The notes beneath the pieces were generated by a model. The model was not told the DNA's origin and made no database searches. It saw only the letters and a list, made by a program, of their open reading frames with translations. A DNA stretch of 64,000 nt from Candidatus Tanganyikabacteria bacterium (GTDB lineage Bacteria > Cyanobacteriota > Sericytochromatia > S15B-MN24 > VGJW01): positions 66,552 to 130,551 of the forward strand of contig VGJW01000008.1 of assembly GCA_016867265.1 (NCBI GenBank), written 5' to 3'. The position numbers were made by a program, and so were the translations under genes. Position 1 is the stretch's first letter. Every line of letters starts with the position of its first letter. This document shows positions 58,223-64,000 of this stretch, piece after piece.

Positions 58223-58755
58223 GGCGTCACCTCGGCCACCTTGGCGGAGAAGTCGTCGAACAGGGCGGCGTGATGCTCGGGTCCGAGGCGGCTTGCGAGC
58301 TGGGCTTCGGCACGCACGAAGGCGGCCTCGACCAAGCGGCGGCGGACCTCGTCAGAGAAGGAGCGACGAATGCGATCCGACTCGGAAGCGGCGGACGCCT
58401 TGATGCGGGCTGCCTCGGTCTCGGCTTCGGCACGGATGCCCACCGCAAGGCTCTCGGCCATCGCCCGGGCACCGGCGCCAATCTGCTCCAGCTGGGCCAG
58501 GCCGGCATCGGCCTCACCCTTCTGGCGCCCGAGGGCCGACTGCGCCTCGGCGAGTCCCCGCTCGAGCTGATCGACCTCATCGGCGACCCGCAGGCGCCGA
58601 GCTTCCAGCGCAGTCTTGATGGGCGCGCCGCCGAAGCGGACGAGCAGGACCACCAGCAGGACAAAGTTGATCAGGGACCAGAGATCCCCATTGCTCCAGA
58701 CGGGCACGCCCGAGGCGTGCTCCGAGAGCACCGGCAGGACGCTGAGCAAACTCAC
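58219..58755 (-). CDS. atpF: ATP synthase F0 subunit b
   Basis: LINFVLLVVLL TM plus coiled coil; operon position. Confidence 0.85.
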   Translation of the reverse strand: MSLLSVLPVLSEHASGVPVWSNGDLWSLINFVLLVVLLVRFGGAPIKTALEARRLRVADEVDQLERGLAEAQSALGRQKGEADAGLAQLEQIGAGARAMAESLAVGIRAEAETEAARIKASAASESDRIRRSFSDEVRRRLVEAAFVRAEAQLASRLGPEHHAALFDDFSAKVAEVTP

Positions 58756-59198
58756 GCGCTGGCTCCCTCCCGGGCGCGGTCCGATGAAAGGACCTGGCCC
58801 ACGATGCGTTCGGCGATCCGTTCGACCTCGCCATCCAGCGATCCCAGCGCACGGTCGCGCTCCTCGGCGAGGGCCTTGCGGGCCTGGTCGAGCGAGGCGG
58901 CGGCCTCCTGGGTGGCGGCAGCCACGACCCCGGCCTTCTCGGCCCGAGCTTCGGCAACCGCCTTGTCGACGACGGCCTGTGCCGAGCGCTGGGCGTCGAC
59001 GAGACGCTGCTGCTGCTCGGTCACGAGACCACGGGTCTCCTGGTTGAGACGATCGATTTCCGTCCGCCGCTCCTGCAGGAAGCGCTCACGCTGCTCCATG
59101 TGGCGAAGCACTGGCCGGAAAAACAACCGATCCAGAAGCCCCGCAAACACCAGGAAGCTGACCATCTGGACGATCAGCGTCAGGTTCAGGTCGAGCAT
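58752..59198 (-). CDS. atpF2: ATP synthase F0 subunit b'
   Basis: MLDLNLTLIVQMVSFLVF...FFRPV...R plus coiled coil. Confidence 0.85.
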   Translation of the reverse strand: MLDLNLTLIVQMVSFLVFAGLLDRLFFRPVLRHMEQRERFLQERRTEIDRLNQETRGLVTEQQQRLVDAQRSAQAVVDKAVAEARAEKAGVVAAATQEAAASLDQARKALAEERDRALGSLDGEVERIAERIVGQVLSSDRAREGASA

Positions 59199-59237
59199 GG
59201 GTGAGTGCCTCCGCAGGTAACGACAGACAAGTGACGG

Positions 59238-59603
<366 letters not shown>

Positions 59604-59634
59604 CTAGACCGGCACAGGGGGGGGACGAAGAGGA

Positions 59635-60450
59635 CTAGTGGTGCTCGGCGACCGCAGCCCCGATGTACGAGGCGGACAGGGCGGCGAAGATGAAAGCCTG
59701 GATGGAGCCGAGGAACAGCTCGAGGCCCATCAGGGGCAGGGGCACGAACCAGGGAGCCAACATCAGCAGGACCGAGATGACGACGTGGCCGGCCGTCACG
59801 TTGCCGAAGAGTCGAAGCGAGAGCGAGAGCGGCCGCGAGAGGTCTTCGATGAGGATGAAGGGCATCAGCCACGGCTTGGGCGTCACGTAGTGCTTGAAGT
59901 AAGAGAAACCCTTGACCGCGATGCCGAAGGCGAAGTAGGCGACGAAGCTCAGCAAGGCCAGGCCGACGGTGGTGTTGAAGTCACCGGTGGGCGGTTCGTA
60001 GTGCGGCAGGTGCAGGTCGGCCAACGGGCCGAAGTGCAGGAACTTCCAGGGCAGGATGCTCAGCCAGTTGGCAAGCAGGATGAACATGAAGAGCGAGCCG
60101 ACATACCACATATAGGGGCCGATGTCGTGGCCGATGAAGTTGTGGACGATGCCACGGGCGAACGAGACGAGCTCCTCGACGACCGTCTGGCGGCCGTCCG
60201 GCTTCATCCGGAGGCTGCCGGCCAGCAGGGCACCGGCCATGATCAGGATGACCATCACGGCCCAGGACCAGATCACGGTGTCGAGATGCAGCTGAGACCA
60301 GGGCGACAGATCCTGGAGACCATGCTGGAGCTTCCACTGTTCGAACTCGCCGAACGTGCGCGGTTCGAACCCGAAGGGCAGGGTGAACCCGTCCTTGACG
60401 ATCAGGTAGATGTGCTCACCGACCTTGACGCCTGCTTCTTCTGCGGCCAA
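59635..60450 (-). CDS. atpB: ATP synthase F0 subunit a
   Basis: PTGDFNTT, SRPLSLSLRLFGN, IQAFIFAALS; TTG start after AGGTGGAG. Confidence 0.95.
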   Translation of the reverse strand: MAAEEAGVKVGEHIYLIVKDGFTLPFGFEPRTFGEFEQWKLQHGLQDLSPWSQLHLDTVIWSWAVMVILIMAGALLAGSLRMKPDGRQTVVEELVSFARGIVHNFIGHDIGPYMWYVGSLFMFILLANWLSILPWKFLHFGPLADLHLPHYEPPTGDFNTTVGLALLSFVAYFAFGIAVKGFSYFKHYVTPKPWLMPFILIEDLSRPLSLSLRLFGNVTAGHVVISVLLMLAPWFVPLPLMGLELFLGSIQAFIFAALSASYIGAAVAEHH

Positions 60451-60919
60451 CTCTCCACCTCTCGCGACTCGTGAACCGGTCTTCACCCTCTTCCGGCGGC
60501 AAGGGCGGGGGCAGGGGCTCCCGCCTGGCCCGGAACCAGACCAGAACCTGGTAGGCACCGAGCAGCAACCGGAACAGGAAGAACGCCAGGATGGCTGCCC
60601 AGAGGTTGATGACGGGATGCGCCTTCGCCACGGCGGAGAAGCCTGCTCCGACGAGCCCGTATCGCCCAATCGACCCGGCCCTCAGAATCAGGTGATCCAG
60701 AAGACCGACCTTCCGGCCAGTCGCCCTTCCGACAAATGCCCCGACGTAGCGCCGCAGGGCCAAAAGGTAGACGGTGGACAGGGCAATCCCTGAAACGACG
60801 CCCCGCCCCAAGTCGGGGTGGCCAGCGACGTACAGAAACCCAGCCGCCGGAACCCCCAGACCGATGACGGAACCGGTCAGGACCATCGGCAAGCGCTCTG
60901 GGTCCATCTGGTCAACCAT
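60416..60919 (-). CDS. atpI: ATP synthase protein I-like membrane protein
   Basis: About four hydrophobic segments, directly upstream of atpB. Confidence 0.65.
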   Translation of the reverse strand: MVDQMDPERLPMVLTGSVIGLGVPAAGFLYVAGHPDLGRGVVSGIALSTVYLLALRRYVGAFVGRATGRKVGLLDHLILRAGSIGRYGLVGAGFSAVAKAHPVINLWAAILAFFLFRLLLGAYQVLVWFRARREPLPPPLPPEEGEDRFTSRERWRVGRRRSRRQGR

Positions 60920-61124
60920 CGGAGGGTGGCTCCCTAAGGAGCCTGAGCATCGCCACGAACCCCGAAACGAAGCCGAGGACGACACCACCCAACGTGAACC
61001 ACGGCAGGGAACCCAGCCGCCGATCCAACCACAGCCCCAGGACCAGGCAGAGGATGACGGGTCCGGCAAAGGTGACGGTGTGCTTCACGGAACGACTGGA
61101 CCTCGACGGGTCCAAGCCGATCAC
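60912..61124 (-). CDS. AtpZ/AtpI (ATPase gene 1) family small membrane protein
   Basis: LGLWLDRRLGSLPWFTLGGVVLG signature. Confidence 0.8.
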   Translation of the reverse strand: MIGLDPSRSSRSVKHTVTFAGPVILCLVLGLWLDRRLGSLPWFTLGGVVLGFVSGFVAMLRLLREPPSDG

Positions 61125-61174
61125 ACCATGCTCTTAACGAAAACACAAGCGAAGACAACGTTTGACCGCCCGTG

Positions 61175-62005
61175 ATGACCCCTCGGGCAGCCGGGTATGG
61201 AGCTCTCTGGGACGAGACGCGCGAAATTGGCCAAGAGAGGGCATCGGACAAGGACTTGAGCGGCCAGGACGAGATACGCTTCGGGCAGGGCAAGCCCCTG
61301 GGACCGGTCAGCTTCGGTTCGGGCGCGGGCTATGCAGACTCCTTCGTGCGTGGGGGCACGGGTCCGCTCGACGGGCAACGCCGCCCGACAGGCAACTTCA
61401 TCGACCCCGACGAGGCTCCGAAACTGCTCGCCGGCCACCAGCGACAGATTCGTGCCTGCCGCATCGCCCTTGATGGCCTGACCGCGCGCATGGCGCTGCT
61501 CGACTGGGCCATCGCGAAGGCTGCCGCCGCAGAGGCCGTGCGGGTCGAGGCTCCCCAGCCGCCGATTGCCCAGCCCGCCAAGGCTTCCGGCCGGAAGCCC
61601 CTGCTTGGCTTGGGCAAGGCCACAGGACGCCCCGCTCCGCCCCCGCCCAAGCCGCCTGTTGCACGCCCCCGGAAGCCAGCACCTCAGACATCCGCGCCAC
61701 CCTCTGCGCCTCGAACGCCGGAGCAGGCCCGGCGGGCCGAAGGCATGGCCGCCGCCATCGCCACCAGCCCGGATCTGCGGCGGCGCGCGCAGATCGCCAT
61801 CCAGCAATATCGCTTGGCCCAAGAGACCGTGCAGGCTGCCGAGCAGCACTTGGCGTCATGGGAAGACCTGGACCCCGAGACGCTGTCCGCCGAGCTGGGG
61901 AGCTTCAATCTCGGCAAGGTCCAAGGCACGTTGGTTCCCTTGGTGAACCTCGCGGAGGCCTTTCGCGACGCACCTGCACTCAAGGCCAATTTCGAGTTGG
62001 CCTGA
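61175..62005 (+). CDS. Hypothetical helical protein with central Pro/Lys-rich linker
   Basis: Long ORF divergent from the atp operon; no motif recognised. Confidence 0.6.
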   Translation: MTPRAAGYGALWDETREIGQERASDKDLSGQDEIRFGQGKPLGPVSFGSGAGYADSFVRGGTGPLDGQRRPTGNFIDPDEAPKLLAGHQRQIRACRIALDGLTARMALLDWAIAKAAAAEAVRVEAPQPPIAQPAKASGRKPLLGLGKATGRPAPPPPKPPVARPRKPAPQTSAPPSAPRTPEQARRAEGMAAAIATSPDLRRRAQIAIQQYRLAQETVQAAEQHLASWEDLDPETLSAELGSFNLGKVQGTLVPLVNLAEAFRDAPALKANFELA

Positions 62006-62014
62006 GGCGACGCG

Positions 62015-62845
62015 TCAGCCCTGCTTGCCAGGTACGCGTATACCGCGGGCTTGGAAGCCCCAATCGAAGAGCCTCCGGGCATCGCGCCACAAGTTTCGGC
62101 TGCCCAGCATCACCACCGTCAACATGGAATCCTGTGCGGCACCGACATAGCAGCGGCCGGCCGCGTTCGTGAAACCCGTCTTGCCCAGAACAGGCGTCCC
62201 GTAGGCAGCGAGCAGCTTGTTGGTGTTGCGGACGCGATGGCTCTCATGCTGTCCCGGCCACGCCAGATCGACCGACTGGGTCTGGGCGATGGCCACGAAT
62301 ACGGGACTCGCCATGGCGACACGGAAGATCAGCGCGAGGTCGCGGGCTGTCGTGAGATGGCCGGCGGCATGGAGCCCATTGGGCGTGACGAAGTGCGTGT
62401 CGGTCGCGCCCAGCGCACGGGCCTTGGCATTCATCATCAGGGCGAAACGCTCCTGGGTGCCCCCGACATGCTCGGCCAGCGCCACCGAGGCGTCATTGGC
62501 GGACATCAGCAACATCGCATAGAGCAACTCGAGGACCGTGTAACGCTCACCGGCCCGGACACCCATCCGGGAAGGGGGCATCCGGGACGCGGACGCACTG
62601 ATGGTGACGACATCCTCGAGGGGGACGGCATCAAGGACCGTCAGGGCCGTCAGGACCTTGGTGGTGCTGGCATTGGGCAAGGGCTTCTCGGCATCCCTCT
62701 GGAAGAGGATGTGGCCCTCGGCATCAACCACGATGGCCGAGCGCGCGGAGAGGACCGGCGCCGGGACCACGCCCTGGGCTTGGCAGGGCACCGCCAGCCC
62801 GAGCACCAGGACCCCGGCCGCCATGATTCGCAAGAGCCGCACCAA
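62015..62845 (-). CDS. D-alanyl-D-alanine carboxypeptidase (peptidase S11)
   Basis: Signal peptide; SxxK (STTK), SxN (SAN), KTG. Confidence 0.93.
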   Translation of the reverse strand: MVRLLRIMAAGVLVLGLAVPCQAQGVVPAPVLSARSAIVVDAEGHILFQRDAEKPLPNASTTKVLTALTVLDAVPLEDVVTISASASRMPPSRMGVRAGERYTVLELLYAMLLMSANDASVALAEHVGGTQERFALMMNAKARALGATDTHFVTPNGLHAAGHLTTARDLALIFRVAMASPVFVAIAQTQSVDLAWPGQHESHRVRNTNKLLAAYGTPVLGKTGFTNAAGRCYVGAAQDSMLTVVMLGSRNLWRDARRLFDWGFQARGIRVPGKQG

Positions 62846-63148
62846 GCGTGTCCCTCCGCCCTTCTTCTACCCACCGGCGCGGCGTTGCGACAGGGCCGCG
62901 GTCACCAAACATCCTGCGACATCCCGGCTGCGGCGACCGATGGCTCGAGGGTCATGTGACCAAGCGCACAGACCCGCCCGACATCGGCTCTCCCGCAGCG
63001 GCCGGTTGCGTGCTAGAGTTGTCAAGAAGGCGTCAGGACCGCCCCTCCGTCAAATCTTCATCAAATCCCACAAGCCGGTCCGCGATGTTTTCGATAACCC
63101 GACGAATCTAGCTGGCAAACTTCCCGGTGTCCTCGAGTGAGGGGGATC

Positions 63149-63904
63149 ATGTCCGTCATGGAAAAGGCCTTCAAGGGCGCTTCGCCCGAAGAGAAGGAAA
63201 AGCTCGTCAATCAGTTTCTTCCCCTGGTGCGGAAAATCGCACGGGGCCTCGCTCGGCGAAGCACCGACCCGGTGGAAGATCTCGTCCAGGTCGGTTCCAT
63301 TGGCCTTCTTGAAGCCATCGAGCGCTACGAGACCGGTCACAACACCGAGTTCAAGACCTACGCCGTACATTTCATTACCGGCCACATCCGCCATTACCTG
63401 CGGGATCGGCAAAGTCTGCTGCGCGGACCCCGCGTCTTGCAAGAGCTCTCCTACCGCCTGTCTCAGGTCGCGGCCAAGCTGACCCAGGAGTTCGGCCGCG
63501 ATCCTCAGAACCACGAGCTGGCCAAGGCCCTCGACGTGTCGCCCGAGCTGGTCGATGAGGTCAAGGTCTACGACCGCAGGGTCACGGTGCTGTGGCTGGA
63601 TCAGGACGGAAACGACGGCGACGACGACGAGCAGCGCTCGCTCCTCGAAAGCCTTTCGGATCCTCGCTTCACGGGCGAGGCCCGCGAAGTCACGGATGAG
63701 CGCCTCGTCCTGACGGAGGCGATGGGCCGCCTTCCCTCCTCACAGCGCGAATTGCTCGAGATGCGCTACTTCCAGGACCTGACGCAGGCGGAGTTGTCGC
63801 GCCGCCTTGGCATCTCTCAGATGGAAGTCTGCCGACGGCTCAAGAAGGCCGAGAAGCAGCTCCGGCAGGTCCTGACCATGCCGCTGCAGCGGACCGCAAA
63901 CTAG
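63149..63904 (+). CDS. Group 3 RNA polymerase sigma factor, SigB/SigF type
   Basis: EDLVQVGSIGLLEAIERY, FKTYAVHFITGHIRHYLRD, LTQAELSRRLGISQMEVCR. Confidence 0.92.
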   Translation: MSVMEKAFKGASPEEKEKLVNQFLPLVRKIARGLARRSTDPVEDLVQVGSIGLLEAIERYETGHNTEFKTYAVHFITGHIRHYLRDRQSLLRGPRVLQELSYRLSQVAAKLTQEFGRDPQNHELAKALDVSPELVDEVKVYDRRVTVLWLDQDGNDGDDDEQRSLLESLSDPRFTGEAREVTDERLVLTEAMGRLPSSQRELLEMRYFQDLTQAELSRRLGISQMEVCRRLKKAEKQLRQVLTMPLQRTAN

Positions 63905-63907
63905 ACA

Positions 63908-63951
63908 GGCAAGGTGCTTCGGGGCATCCTCTCTGGGGGATGCCCCTTGCC
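63908..63951 (+). terminator. Stem-loop after the sigma gene
   Basis: ggggcatcc/ggatgcccc inner stem with ggcaa/ttgcc outer stem; weak U-tract. Confidence 0.55.
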
Positions 63952-64000
63952 GTTGGGGCGAATGATTCGTCTCCGAATATTGCGCCCGACCGCAACGTGA

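Overview
High-GC, gene-dense bacterial chromosome segment (about 60 CDS). I found no rRNA, tRNA, CRISPR array, integrase or transposase. Several cyanobacteria-like markers (SLH-porin, short SLOG/DprA-like protein, F-type ATP synthase with two b subunits) and no photosynthesis genes suggest a non-photosynthetic relative of Cyanobacteria such as Sericytochromatia; this is inference. Main contents: (1) a 9-gene bacterial microcompartment operon of the sugar-phosphate-utilisation type (rpiB, extended deoC, BMC-Tdp, BMC-H, three BMC-P, aldehyde dehydrogenase, degenerate PduS-like, and a PduT-like protein with a repeat-bearing acidic tail); (2) an MntA/HepT toxin-antitoxin pair; (3) proS, hemE-hemN, pcrA, a K+-independent H+-PPase, a complete atp operon, a D,D-carboxypeptidase and a SigF/B-type sigma factor; (4) a nitroreductase/type III PKS/ICMT operon between two GH57 genes; (5) minor pilins with a rhomboid protease. 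The best candidate for an undescribed system is three dispersed genes sharing a glycine-zipper membrane domain. One is fused to a peptidoglycan amidase plus LysM. Two carry a 50-bp three-block upstream element with identical spacing, and the third has a partial copy. Other signal-peptide-less wall hydrolases and membrane-active proteins in the window may belong to the same export/antagonism toolkit.
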